Made by a program: the position numbers and the translations under genes. From positions 75,578,001 to 75,642,000 of the forward strand of contig OX597830.1 of NCBI GenBank assembly GCA_951406725.2: DNA of 64,000 nucleotides, read 5' to 3'. Positions within the stretch are counted from its first letter, which is position 1; each line of letters opens with the position of its first letter. Of the stretch, positions 27,708 through 41,659 are shown one piece after another. The notes under the pieces are model-generated. The model was given only the letters and a program-made list of their open reading frames with translations, ran no database searches and had not been told where the DNA came from. Source of the stretch: Octopus vulgaris (lineage: Eukaryota).

Positions 27708-28016
27708 TATATATATATACATATATATATATACAAGTCTGTATACACACATATATATACATATGTATATATATATATATATGTGTGTGCGTGTATATAT
27801 ACATATATATACATGTACATACATATATTACTGGCTTGTATTTCTTACGTTTTCACACGCACAAAACTCAACACAAGAATTCCCTCTAACACACTTATGT
27901 ATATATATATAAGGAAAGAGAGGGGGAGAGATACAAATACATATACATACATACACACATATATATATGTGTTTTTATATATATATAATATATATTAGAT
28001 ATATATTTTATACACA

Positions 28017-28055
<39 letters not shown>

Positions 28056-28308
28056 CTGTTGTTCTTCCTCTATTCTGAATATACCAGGAGCAGCAAAATG
28101 TTCACTGATAAGAGAAAGACGGAGAGAAAATAGAAAAGCTCAACAAAAAAGTTAGGAAAGTTGCAAAATGAATCCCTGTAATCGCTGTGCGCGATCTCAT
28201 CTTGTAATATAACAAAAAGTAATAACTTCAGCAGCATAGAGAATAAGATCCAGATATTTAGACAAAACGCACAGAGAAACGTGTACACATCTACGTGTAT
28301 GAATACGT

Positions 28309-28358
<50 letters not shown>

Positions 28359-28583
28359 GTATATATGAGTGTATACATGTGTATATGTGTATCTGCGTAT
28401 GATCTTGCGAGTGTGTGTGACTGTGTGTGTGAGTGTTATACTCATCGTTTAGGTAGCTTGCATACCACCTCGTTTATCTACAGATCCACGTATGGCCGTC
28501 TGTTTATAAACGCATACATATACGGATATATGTATTAGTGTGTATCTGCGTATGCCACGATGTATGTGCGCACGTATGTATGC

Positions 28584-28650
<67 letters not shown>

Positions 28651-28659
28651 AATATATAT

Positions 28660-28691
<32 letters not shown>

Positions 28692-29014
28692 GGATGGATG
28701 TATATATATATATATATAAGCCTATATACAAGCATATATACAGAAGTATACATATATATACATATACATATACATATACAAAGTACGCTAGAAAATACAG
28801 AGGTAGGTAGATACATAAGGAGTTGTGTCGATATCTAGGTATGTATTTATGCATATATATATATATTCGTGTATATATATAAATATATCACATATACTTT
28901 CAGCAAGCTTGTGTTTATACATATCACTAGTTTTAGGCATTTAATCAAACTTTGTAGGATGAACGTATGGTATATAAGAATGCCAACAAACCGACATACA
29001 TCTTCATATATGTA

Positions 29015-29096
<82 letters not shown>

Positions 29097-29914
29097 TAAG
29101 TCTAAAGCAGGAATGCATACTGAACCTTCGTAAAGCATGCGCGTGTTGATCTTCATGTTCTGAGAATTTTGTAGTTTTGCCGTTGTTCTATTATGCGTAT
29201 ATATTTATATACAATTATTCTTATATTCACAGGATTATGTATACGTGTGTGTGAGTGAGTGCGTGTGTCAGTGTGCAAGTGTATGTGTATGTGCATTTCA
29301 TGTTTCTGCAAATGTTTATGTGAGTGTTTCTTTCCTTATGTATATATATATATATATATATACAAACACACATATATATATACATATGTATGTGTGTGTG
29401 TATGCGTGTGTGTGTGCTTGTGTGTGTATGTGAGAATGTATATATATATATAAATAAATACATATTCATATATTTATATATACACATATATAGATATACA
29501 TATACTCATATGCCTATGTTTGTGTATATATAGCATACACCCATTTATGCATATAAGCATATATACATCTATGCGTACGATCTTGCTAACGCGTAGGCAC
29601 ATCTGGATATAAACGTATACAAACATATGTACATGTACTTATATATACAGTAATTGCACTGTTGCATATGTGTATATATATATGTGTGTGTGTGCGTGTA
29701 CATATATGTACTTAGACACACACACAGACATATATATATGAGTACACACCCGAAAATACACACCCACGCATACACAAACCTCTTTATGTACGTACAGACA
29801 TCTATGCATACCAGCATTCAAGGGGACATACATATATATTTTCATACATATGTACATACATACGTACATTCTTATATTCATACCTACACACTCATATATA
29901 TATATATATAAATT

Positions 29915-29960
<46 letters not shown>

Positions 29961-30686
29961 TATATACATATATATGTATATATATACATATACGAAGCAG
30001 ATGTATCACGTACGATTCCCCACAAGCAGTAATTGCATCGTGTAGACATTATTAGACATAAGTTTTAACCAAAGAAACACCAGCAATAATAGCTTGTCGT
30101 GGATGGAAAGACGACAGGGAAGCGATTGGTGAGTGAGTAGAAAGTGTGCGGAAAGTTAGTGAAAAGTGAGTGGAACGTGGCTGGAATGTATGTGGAAAAC
30201 AACATGGCGGTTCTTGTTCATTCATTTCATTTTCTTTCTTCGCCATTTTATTTCGTCTTTACTTTATCATTCAATGTATATTAAGCGAACCTACCTTATT
30301 TTCCAACACACCCTTGATGTTTTCATTAACTATCTTACCATTATAAGACTGTTTGTATTTTTGCTTCTTGTTTAGGGTTATATTTGTTTATTATTTTTTG
30401 TTTGTGTGTTGTTTGTATGTAGGTATCTTTGTTATTTTGTTTCTTGTCTGGTTTGTATGTGTGTTTTTTTTCACTTCTGTTGCAATACTGCTGTTTTATG
30501 TCTTCATTGCTTGGTTTTTCGGACTGTTATTGTTGTTGTTGTTGTTTTTATCAATATACGCGTATGTATTTTGATGCATACACACACATACAGACACACA
30601 CACATGTAGGTATGCATATACATAGAAACATATCTGTATAAATACATATATATATATATATACAAATATATACTTACACATATATC

Positions 30687-30726
<40 letters not shown>

Positions 30727-30879
30727 TATATATACATATATATACTTGCATACATATATATATACTTACACACATACATGTACAAAGATATATATATATA
30801 AACATATACGTAAATACATGGATGTGTATCATTGTGTGTGTGTGTCTGTGTCTGTCTGTGTGCGTGCGTTTGTGTAGGC

Positions 30880-30929
<50 letters not shown>

Positions 30930-31198
30930 GTGTTTGTCTTTGTATTGTTGTGTGATAATGTGTATGTTCAGTTGATATTAATATGTATGAAACTATGTTT
31001 TTGTTCACATATATCCATACATAATACATATATACGTACGCATAACGCATGTATGTAAGTATATATGTATGCACGTATATATGTATGTGTGTACTATGTA
31101 GGTACGTACGTATCTATGTACAAGCATATTCCAAAACAAAAACATCATAAAAATGTGTATGTACGTGTCGCTGTCCATATACATATGCATGTATCTGT

Positions 31199-31241
<43 letters not shown>

Positions 31242-31830
31242 ATCATTGTTAATGTTGTTTCTACTTTTATTACAGCAAAACGTCATATGGAATCATTGCG
31301 TACATTAAATATTGCATTCATCTTGTGTGACAGACACACACTTGCTTAAACAACACGCACACACACACACACACATACACAAGCACGCACAGATACACAC
31401 ACACTACTCGTGCACACACAAGCAAATACGCATTCGCACAACCGAAAATATATAATCACACACACATTTTCATTAAGCGCAATATTTTCCTTATAAAGCT
31501 TACTTCTTTGGAATGATGCAAACAGAATATTGTGATAGATATATATACATTTTGTCTCTCACATTATATATATATACGTATATATATATATATATATATA
31601 TACTCACACACATTTATATGTATATAGCTAAGCATTTATATATGCATACATATGTCTGTGTGCATGTATAACTATATGTATATGTATATATAGATATATA
31701 TAAGTATATATATACATATATATATGTTTATATATATATATTTACATATGCATATATACACATATACATATATATATTACATATATATATGTATGTATAT
31801 ATATATACATATATATATATGTATGTATAT

Positions 31831-31897
<67 letters not shown>

Positions 31898-31900
31898 GAG
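27420..31900. repeat. Dense (TA)n/(CA)n/(TATG)n microsatellite field with short unique islands
   Basis: Direct inspection. Confidence 0.9.
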
Positions 31901-32279
31901 ATAAAAGACAAAGACCATTACTTCCTGTTCCTTAATTTGAACTGTAACATATGTTTCTGTATCCGGCAACACATGACGTTACACTAGATATGCCACTAGG
32001 AGATGCCTGTTATAGGACTCTAAGGCTGTGTTTCCTCCATACTCGCCCTGTAAGTTGTATTTCCTTTTCTATCTCCATCGTGTCGTAGTGTCTTGCTGAA
32101 TACCTGTCCAATTTATAGCAATTGGAATAAAATCGGACCAAGGTATGCCCATTATTTTTTCTTGAATTATTATTGTTCTGCTTCTATGACGTCATAATCC
32201 ACGTTCCGATACAGATAAATTGTGTACAAGCGACGTTTGGAGTGTAACGCAATTAGCATTTGGGTTCAAACCTGAATTA

Positions 32280-32655
32280 TTTAATTGTCACTCGTTGAGC
32301 GCATCGAGTTATAGGTGTCTATCTATCTTCCTCTTCGGTTCATCTGTGTGTTTGCAAAATTACTGAAAACCGGCTCAACGGATTTTCTCCAAATCTGGCA
32401 GAAATACTCATTGGGTTAATGGCCTGAACACATTAAATTTTGGTTTAATTATCTTCAAAACTGGCGGATGGATGAATCAAAATGTCTTTTTTTCTTTGTT
32501 ACATATGCTGAAACGATAAGCAGGGTAAATAACACTTGATATAATTTTGATGAAATAAGAATTCATCTGAGAATATATTTATTAAGGTATATTTTATTTT
32601 ATACTTGTGTGTGCGCAGGGTATGCATCGATCATCCGATGCCTTTTCTTTTTTTC
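32280..32655 (+). mobile_element. Possible non-autonomous Helentron/DINE-1-like element
   Basis: Core-like 'ctcaacggattttctccaaatctggc'; 3' 'cagggtat' followed by the stem-loop gcatcg-atcatc-cgatgc and a T-run. Confidence 0.45.
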
Positions 32656-33009
32656 ATTATGATCGTGGTTTCCTTCATCAGTTATCAACTCCAACAATAT
32701 CTTGTACGAGCATTATTCACAGAATCACACAGGATAGAAAACTCTCGCAAGATCTTATACTTTTTATTCTAGGTGACATTTTCTGGTTTAAACATCTACC
32801 ATTTCAACGTCCTTTCAAAACGTTACTTCTTACACAATCTCCAATGAACATACCTAGGTAGGTTGTCATACCTCATTTCACAAATTTTCTGCGCGCACTC
32901 ACACTATGTGAGACTTGAACTTTTGATACCACACATCCTATAAAGGTGTGATTCAGTACCTTTATCTGTATAATATCGACTTTAATTGCATCATTTCGAG
33001 GACTGGTTA

Positions 33010-33285
33010 AATAATTTCGGGGTCGATGTAATCGACTTCCCCGTATCCTCAAAAACTGCTTTCCTTGTACCAAGATTTGAAACTGTAAGGCGGCAAGCTG
33101 GCAGAATCATTAGTACCGGGCAAAATGCTTCGCAACATTTCTTCTGGCTTTACGTTCTGATTTCAAATTCCGCCGAGGCCATCTTGGCATCTATAAAATA
33201 ATCCTCAGTTTACAGTGGAGTCGATTGACAGGACTCCTACATCCACTACCATTTCAAGTCATGTGCTTGAAGTAGAAACAATTAT
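33010..33285 (+). mobile_element. SINE family B (tail fragment plus one copy starting at about 33089)
   Basis: 'ggcggcaagctggcagaatcattagtaccgggcaaaatgc..tttacgttctgatttcaaattccgccgagg'. Confidence 0.75.
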
Positions 33286-33859
33286 TATTTTAGCAATTAC
33301 GAAATACATCTCATTGAATATATTTGTTTTATTAAAACCTCATGAGTAACTGGTTTAGCAGATACTGATGAGGTTTCGTACACACTACGTACAAAAGCTA
33401 TACTCTTTCCTTTACTTAGTGTCACTGAGACAGATGTACCAAATATATAAATGTATTTCCTAGCAACAAAACACTTTGATTGCCATCGCTGGCTGAAAAG
33501 TCTTTGAGTACGGTTTTTGTGAAAAACTGATCTATTGTTCTTTGATTCATATCACAGGTGAGCGAGACAATCTATGAGCAAATATTTTCCAACCGTGAAA
33601 TTCCCATATGTTTCAAGACATATTATATCTAGGAATCACGCTATTAAATGTTTTATTATTATTTTACAGGATGTATCTACAGACATATCTGTGTGGTTGA
33701 GAAGTTTGCTGTGGAAACACCTTGTTTCCAGTTCAGTCTCCTACACAACAGTATATATATATATATATGTGTATGTGTGAGTGTGTGTGTGTGTATGTGT
33801 GTATGTGTGTGTGTGTGTGTACGTATGTGTATAATATGTATGTATGTATGTATGTATGT

Positions 33860-34240
33860 GTGCTAAGTAATGCTTGCCAACCACATGGTTACGGGTTTAG
33901 TTTCACCGGGTGGCGCTTTGGGCAAGTGTCGTCTACTATAGCCTCGAGTCGACGAAAGCCTTGTGAGTGGATTTGGTAGACGGAAAGTGTAAGAAGCCCG
34001 TCGTTTATATATGTTTATACATGTGTGTGTGTGTGTGTGTGTTTTGTCCCCCAACATCGCTTCACAACCGATGCCGTTTTGCTAACTTCTCCGTAGCTTA
34101 GCGATTCGGCAAAAGAGACCAATAGAATAAGTACTAGTCTTACAAAGAATAAATCCTGGGGTCGATTTGCTCGACTGAGGGCGGTGGTCCAGCATAGTGC
34201 AGTCAAATGGCTGAAATAAATAATAGAACAAAAGAATATG
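33860..34240 (+). mobile_element. SINE family A
   Basis: Homologous to 1-330. Confidence 0.82.
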
Positions 34241-34639
34241 TAATTACACACGTGGGGTGTTTTGGGGTTTTTTTTTCTTTCTCTAGACTTTCACACAAAT
34301 GCCAGTTTAATTTAATTCGTCCTTAATCCTGTTATTTGCATTTGTTGTTGTTAATGTCCTGTTATTTGCATTTGTATTTGTGTACCATTTCTCTGTATTT
34401 TTTCCGTCCTTGTCTTCATATACATTCACTGCTTTCTTCAAAGGTGTCTAGTGCTTTCAGCATAGTTTTTCTTTGAGGCTAGCTAGATTGGAGCAATCAC
34501 GAGTACAAGCAGCCGAAATTGCAAAGATAATCAAGAATTCGACTGAGGAAAATAAACTCCGAATTACCTGTCTTTGTTTTTTCTTTTCCCTTTTTGCATC
34601 GTATAACTGTCTGGATGTTTGCGCTCCTGTCCCAATTCT

Positions 34640-34686
<47 letters not shown>

Positions 34687-34731
34687 ATGTATGTATATAT
34701 ATATATATATATATATACATATGTATGTATG

Positions 34732-34778
<47 letters not shown>

Positions 34779-34826
34779 GTATATATATATATGTATATTT
34801 ATATATATGTACATATATATATATAT

Positions 34827-36000
34827 GGTGTCTCTGGAAAGTTACTGAAATGGATCAAGTGTTTCCTAACAGACAGATCTCAATATGTTGTAGTTGAAGG
34901 GGTAAAATCAAGCCCAGCCAAAGTCAGTAGTGGCGTTCCGCAAGGCATTGTGCTGGGCCCACTTCTTTTCATCATTTACATTAATGACATTAATGACATC
35001 ATCAAGCACAGCAACATAAAAATCTTTGCAGATGACTCCAAGCTACAAAAGGTCATAAATGAGGCGAGTGACCGGACATGCTTTCAGTCAGATCTACTGG
35101 CTGTTATCCAATGGGCAGAAAAAACAATATGCTGCTGAACGAGGATAAATTTGAGCTAATCCACTTTGGAAAAGAGGATGCCCTGAAACTCCCATACTCC
35201 CTGCCTTCAGGTGAAACTCTCGCGGCGTCCAACAACATCAGAGACTTGGGAGTAACTGTGGACAACAACATAAGCTGGGCCACTCATATAAACACCAAAG
35301 TTGACATGGCCCGCAGAATGTGTTCCTGGATTCTCAGAACTTTCCAGTCGAGAGATATCCACACCATTATCCTTCTCTTCTCCACTTTTGCCCGACCCCA
35401 CCTTGAATACTGTTGTCCACTGTGGTCTCCCCACACAATACAAGGTATCATAAAAGTTGAAGCACCTCAAAGGGCAATCACAAAAAAGATAGATGGCATG
35501 AGAGGCCTCGACTATTGGGGTCGACTAGAAAAGCTAAAACTCTATTCTCTCCAACGTCGTCGTGAGCGCTACATCATCTGCATGATGTGGAAAATATTCC
35601 ATCAGCATTGCCCAAATGATGTTGGCATCACCTTTAAGGTACATCCAAGGCTTGGGCCCCGTGCCATCCGCCCAAAACAAAAATCGCACTCTCATCTCAT
35701 AACAACAATACGGCACAATTATTTCACCTCAATTGGCCCCGCTCTCTTTAACATTACACCAAAACACATTAAAACAGAAACTGACCCTATAGGGTTCAAG
35801 AAGTCTTTGGACAGATTCCTTCAAGAAACCCCGGATAAACCCCTACACCCGGATATGTCTCTGTAAACAATAACTCTCTACTTGAGTGGGCCATAGTGCC
35901 CAAATTCTGACTTGAAAGACTTCACCAGGTGGTGCTATTAAGTTAGACATGGCCTGGGCCAATAATGGCCGAAACCTATCAAAGTATCAAAGTATCAAAG
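34827..36000 (+). mobile_element. 5'-truncated CR1-group LINE (RT C-terminal half plus 3' UTR) in TA-rich microsatellite
   Basis: [56 protein letters not shown]. Two single-base frameshifts, a 3' stem-loop ggcca-ataa-tggcc and an (AAAGTATC)n tail. Confidence 0.93.
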
Positions 36001-36169
36001 TATATATATATGTATATATATGTATATATATATATATATGTGTGTATACATATATATATGCATAAACATATATATATATATGCATATATATACATATATA
36101 CATACATGCATACATACATATGTGTGTGTGTTTTTGTGCGTATGTACGTGTGTGTTATTTGTTCATTGT

Positions 36170-36352
36170 GTTGCTTGACAGCCGGTGTTCGTTTGTTTAC
36201 GTCCCCGTAGCTTAACTGCTCAGCAAAAAGGACAGGTAAAATAAGAACCAGATTTTTAAGAAATAAGTAGAGGTGTCAATTTTTTTTTTCTTTAACTCCG
36301 TTAAGGCATAGTTGATCTTGTATGACTGAAACAAGTAAAAGATAAAAGATAA
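36170..36352 (+). mobile_element. SINE family A, 3' half, degenerate
   Basis: 'gcttgacagccggtg..gtttacgtccccgtagc..gactgaaacaagtaaaagataaaag'. Confidence 0.7.
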
Positions 36353-37251
36353 ATACAAAGTGTTATTTGACGTAGATTCAGCTGCTATTTTTAGCCTATT
36401 GAGCAGCCACAGTATTTTTGTTGTTGCCGTTTACATTCGAGCATATCCTCTAATTGAAAGCTCTTCAGCCGCCACACGTCCACAGTTTAATTTATCATGC
36501 CATCATTAAAGACTACTAATCACGCTGTAACGTAGCAAATAGTTTTAGGGTGAATTAGCTGCTATTTTTAACAGATTGTTTGACATTGTAGTGGTACTTA
36601 CTTTCCTGTTGTAGTTGTTGTTGCTCTTGTTCTTGTTGTTATGATCGGAAACAATCCAAATATGGCTACGCTGGATCTGAATGATATACAGTTATCTTAA
36701 GTGGCGTTATCCAAAGGCAGAACGCATTGGATACTAGCCAACGGGGGAACCTGCGCTGTACCACTGTTTACTAGATATATATAACAGCAACAACAGACAA
36801 ATTTCCTTCATCACACAATCTACTATCTTCAAAACTAGACAATAAAACACAGAATGTTATATTGATATTTTTCTAGGTAGATAGTACTTACTAAACCGAC
36901 AAGAAAACCTTCAGATCTATTTTAGCGGACACCTGTTGCATATCTGTGACAGATCGATTTAAAAGAAAAAGAAAAAAGAAAAAAAACTCAATAACGTTTC
37001 TAACCGAGAGAAAAAACAACAACAAAAAAAAACACGTAGGGAAAGAATGAGATAGCGAGAGATAGAGACAGAGACCCAAATAAGCCTGTCTTTCATGTAG
37101 AACAAGTCGTGCGGTACATGCAGATAAAACATACGCTAGAAAGCGCCGGGTCACGAAGATCATTTGAATTAATCGACTAAGGATTTATATAATACATGAA
37201 TCAAAAACAAAAACAACAATAAAAGAAAAACACATCCCAGAACAGACAGAA

Positions 37252-37312
<61 letters not shown>

Positions 37313-38229
37313 CATGTATGTATGTATGTATGTATGTATGTATGTATGTATGTATGTATAGATATATATGTACATATCTGCCGTTTTATTTTCAAAGGGA
37401 GATATATGTTCAGTGAAGCAGTAATGAATTCACATATCACGAAAAGCCGATGGAGGAATCTCTATAACAGTGGCTAGAGGTGCTAGAAATAACAACCAAA
37501 TCTAATAGAAATCGTCTGCTACTTCACGTATAAAGAAAAAATCAACAGAAGAAACGCAATCGTTTTCTAACTTCTGGATGAAGTAGCCAAATTCTCCCCC
37601 ACCCCACCCTAATCACCTAGCATTACAAATAAAAAAATGAAAAATCGAATGCCTACGAATGGCATAGGACACATTCGCTTCTTTGCTTCTTTCAGAAGAA
37701 ACCAATAAGTAGCAGGTGTATCCTGTCATTCTATTACCAGATCCAATCATTATCGCGGTGTGATGCCTTGTGTAGCTCATTTACTCTGAGAGCCTTGCCA
37801 ACTGGGTGCAAGCTCCTTGTTAAACTTCTAATGCAGTATAAAGGATACACTAAATATGAACAACGTCTTTCTCGTCATAAACATGGATTTGCGTTGGACC
37901 AATATCCCTTCCAAGTAAAAAAGTATGGTTACGAAAACATCGATGACAATTTAAAGCCAAAGAGACTGAGGAGAATAAGGTTTATTTTCAGGGAAACATG
38001 TGATGCACTGCAACAAAATCCAAATAGAAAGCGTTAAGTAAAGGAAGGGATCGTGGAAGAGGAAAGCAGGAAAAGGCAGCCAAAAGTCGATGGCGAACAA
38101 TGGAAAGAAGTCAGTGATGGCGTATGTTCCAAAGGGAGAGAGTGATTTAAAGACAAAAAGAAAGTATCCTTTCTTTGGTAAAGACGGTAAGCTTTGTTAT
38201 GAGGGACATTTTAGATTCTAACACTATAA

Positions 38230-38635
38230 GGCGGCGAGCTGGCAGAAACGTAAGCACGCCGGGCGAAATGCTTAGCGGTATTTCGTCTGATGTTACGTTC
38301 TGAGTTCAAATTCCGCCGAGGTCGACTTTGCCTTTCATCCTTTCGGGGGTCGATAAATTAAGTACCAGTGACGCACTGGGGTCGATGTAATCGACTTAAT
38401 CCGTTTGTCTGTACTTGTTTGTCCCCTCTATGTTTAGCCCCTTGTGGGTAGTAAATAAATAGGTATTTCGTCTGATGTTACATTCTGAGTAACATCAGAC
38501 GTTCCGCCGAGGTCGACTTTGGCTTTCATCCTTTCGGGGTCGATAAATTAAGTACCAGTTACGCACTGGGGTCGATGTGATTGTTTGTCCCCTCTATGTT
38601 TAGCCCCTTGTGGACCATAAAGAAATAAAGAAATA
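38230..38635 (+). mobile_element. SINE family B with two tandem body units and a perfect 17-bp TSD
   Basis: TSD agattctaacactataa at 38213-38229 and 38636-38652. Confidence 0.92.
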
Positions 38636-38934
38636 AGATTCTAACACTATAAACTCACGAAGTTCGTGCTACTTGAACGTACATCTTTCTATTACTTCAT
38701 GGCTCATGAAGACACCATTGCCACTCCAGAAAGAGGGCCTATACTAGATTGTGCAACCTGCATTAGAAGCCATATAAATGTCAAATCAGATACTAACGTT
38801 GTAATAAAAGACAGATCATGCAGTGTTGTCCTTGATACCTTGGAAAAACAATAAAAAATTGGAAAAGATGATGCGGTTTATCATCGGTTTCTTACTCAAG
38901 GATTGCTTCGAGTTACGGCAATAATATTACATTT

Positions 38935-39143
38935 TACTATAGGCATAAGGTCTGCTACGTGCGAGGAGAGGGTTAGAGGATTACATTGAACCAAACGTTC
39001 GACTGGTACTTAATACTATCGAACGTGAGGGGAGGAAAAGCTAAGTCTGCCTCGGCGGAGTTTGAACCCACACCGTAAAGACAGACGAAATGACGCTAAG
39101 TATTTCCCCCGGCATGTTAAGGATTCTGCCAGTTTGCCGCCTT
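38935..39143 (-). mobile_element. SINE family B
   Basis: Ends 'gattctgccagtttgccgcc', the reverse complement of the family B head. Confidence 0.75.
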
Positions 39144-39212
39144 AATTAAGGCAATAATAGTAATACCAGTAATATCAACAACACTTCTTAGAATTCAGCT
39201 TGCTGTGAAAAG

Positions 39213-39213
39213 A

Positions 39214-39277
<64 letters not shown>

Positions 39278-39284
39278 GTGATGA

Positions 39285-39327
<43 letters not shown>

Positions 39328-39406
39328 TGTGATGATGATGATGATGATGGTTGTGATGATGATGATGATGATGATTGTGATGATGATGATGATGATGGAT
39401 GTGATG

Positions 39407-39437
<31 letters not shown>

Positions 39438-39484
39438 TTGTGATGATGATGGTGATGATAATGATGATGATGATGATGATGATA
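39213..39484. repeat. (GAT)n microsatellite
   Basis: Direct inspection. Confidence 0.95.
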
Positions 39485-40083
39485 TCATCTAAATGATAAA
39501 ACTTCAGTATACATTAACCAAGCGAATCCAGGTGCTTCGTCTTCGGCTTGATGAAAACCCAAGTTAACAGAGCTAACATAATTATGAAAATTAAGTGTTT
39601 CAGAAATCATATACTGCCTCTGACGTTACACCAACAAATTTACCTATAGTGTAGCGAATGAGGCACTGGGAGACACAAAATGAACCGAGATACTAAAATC
39701 CCGAACAAAAACCTTACCGTCGCCATACTTTTTATATCAGCCTTTCAGTCGGAGGTCGTCTGCACTTCTCTCCTAGCTCACTTACGGAACTCACTGGAAA
39801 ATCATGGCAAATGGATCTGTCATTGTGTATAGTATAAATAAATATTGATACATTAACTAATTTGGCAGGAAGTAAGCTCCAGGAATCGAGGTGTAGGAAG
39901 AAAGTTAGCTTCAAGCAATCCGTAGTAAATATTAAAAAAGAACTTTCAAGGACAATTGATTTATTGAGACAGATGGTTGTGGAATTTTTTCGTGTCGAAG
40001 TACTACAAAATGAAAAATTTTCTTTCTATATATCACGGTAGGCGACCAGGGTTGCCAGGTGCGAAAAAGAATAGAATGGTTAT

Positions 40084-40235
40084 GGAATGGAGTATATAAG
40101 ACCCGGGGTACATATTTTTCATAGCGAGTGGAACCTCAAAAAGTGGTAAATATCCACCTCACTTGGATATTTACCACTTTTGAGGTTCCGCACACAATGA
40201 ATCATATGTAGCCCGGATCTTATGTATACTATTCC
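40084..40235. repeat. Fold-back element with ~72-bp arms and a 7-nt loop
   Basis: ggaacctcaaaaagtggtaaatatcca-cctcact-tggatatttaccacttttgaggttcc, with imperfect outer arms. Confidence 0.85.
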
Positions 40236-40680
40236 GTGTGTATATACGCAAACTCGTACTTTTCTTGCGCTCCGAATTTTTCCATCGTCTAGGCTTAAAA
40301 AAAAGCCCTCAATGTTGGTTTCATTGTCCTGTTTTTATTCTTTATGTGTACTGTATTTTTATTTGTATTGCTTTTACGTCCTGTTCTTGTCACTTTTCTT
40401 TCTTTCCTTGTTCTACCCCTCTGCAAAAGAATTTTATGTAATTCTTTTGCAGGAAGGACTGCTTAGTCGGGATTGTGTTCTGTCCTTACCTTCGAAACAC
40501 GCATTGAGTCGAACCAGGGACAGCTGATGAAGGGGAATATTCCTTGTATTGTTTGTCTTGTACTCTGTTTTTTCGTTGTTAAAAATAGTCCGTTTCCTAG
40601 TTTGTTTTTATGTTTTCGTTTCTCGTTGTGTTCTACGCCTATTTGTGGTGTCCTGTACTCATATATATATATATATATAA

Positions 40681-40748
<68 letters not shown>

Positions 40749-41577
40749 GCATGTATATATACATATAGATGTAGGTACGTACATATATGTATGTATGTAT
40801 GCATATATTTTAATTATTAAATTATTATATGTATATGTGTGTATATAAGGAACATCGTTGATTGGTGTTTAGGAAATTTGTATTTCATGATTGGCAATTG
40901 TTTCCACAATCAGGCGATGGCTCTTCTCACATTATGTTTACAGATACGTATTATTATTCTTAGCGGTTCCGATGAGACAATTCCATAGGCTGTAATGTAA
41001 TACACATTACCTAGACTATATTACTCCAGCATTGCTAAAATACATGTCTATAGACATAATGTGTGAATAGTCATCACTTCTCAACCATGAAATCAATATA
41101 ATATCATAAACTCCAATCTTCAATTTTCATTATTTATACTCTACAACGGAAGTGAAGCGTATGCATTTTCTGTATATTGAAGACCTCAATATACCGCCGT
41201 CTGTGTGAGTGTTTCCAGAGACAAACGCTGAATTATCTTCTACCTACAAATCTACAATATATATACATGTGTATATGCGTGTGTGTGTGGTGTACATATA
41301 TTGTATATTAAGGAAAAGGGGCAGTCAGAATTTTGGAGTCAGAAGCACTCATATTTTTCATAAGCTCTACTAGCAGAAAGGAATTCTTAAAGTAAATCCA
41401 ATGCCATATACTTCCATAATGTTGTTGACATCAGGTGGACGAATTCTGTGAACGGACTTTAAACAGCATACAACAAGGTGTATACAGGAATATAAGATAA
41501 TTATTGCACACAGACACACACATACAAATATACACACACACATATACAAATATATGCAAACATACATATATATATAA

Positions 41578-41631
<54 letters not shown>

Positions 41632-41659
41632 ATATGTATGTATGTATATTACAAAAATC

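Noticed and set aside
33360-33400. CTGATGA motif (other partial matches at about 13510-13540, 19306-19327 and 26973-26990)
   Set aside because: No correctly placed GAAA, helix and NUH combination; at best unrecognisable relics.
37768-38037. 89-aa ORF
   Set aside because: Non-ATG start and no recognisable motif; likely decayed repeat.
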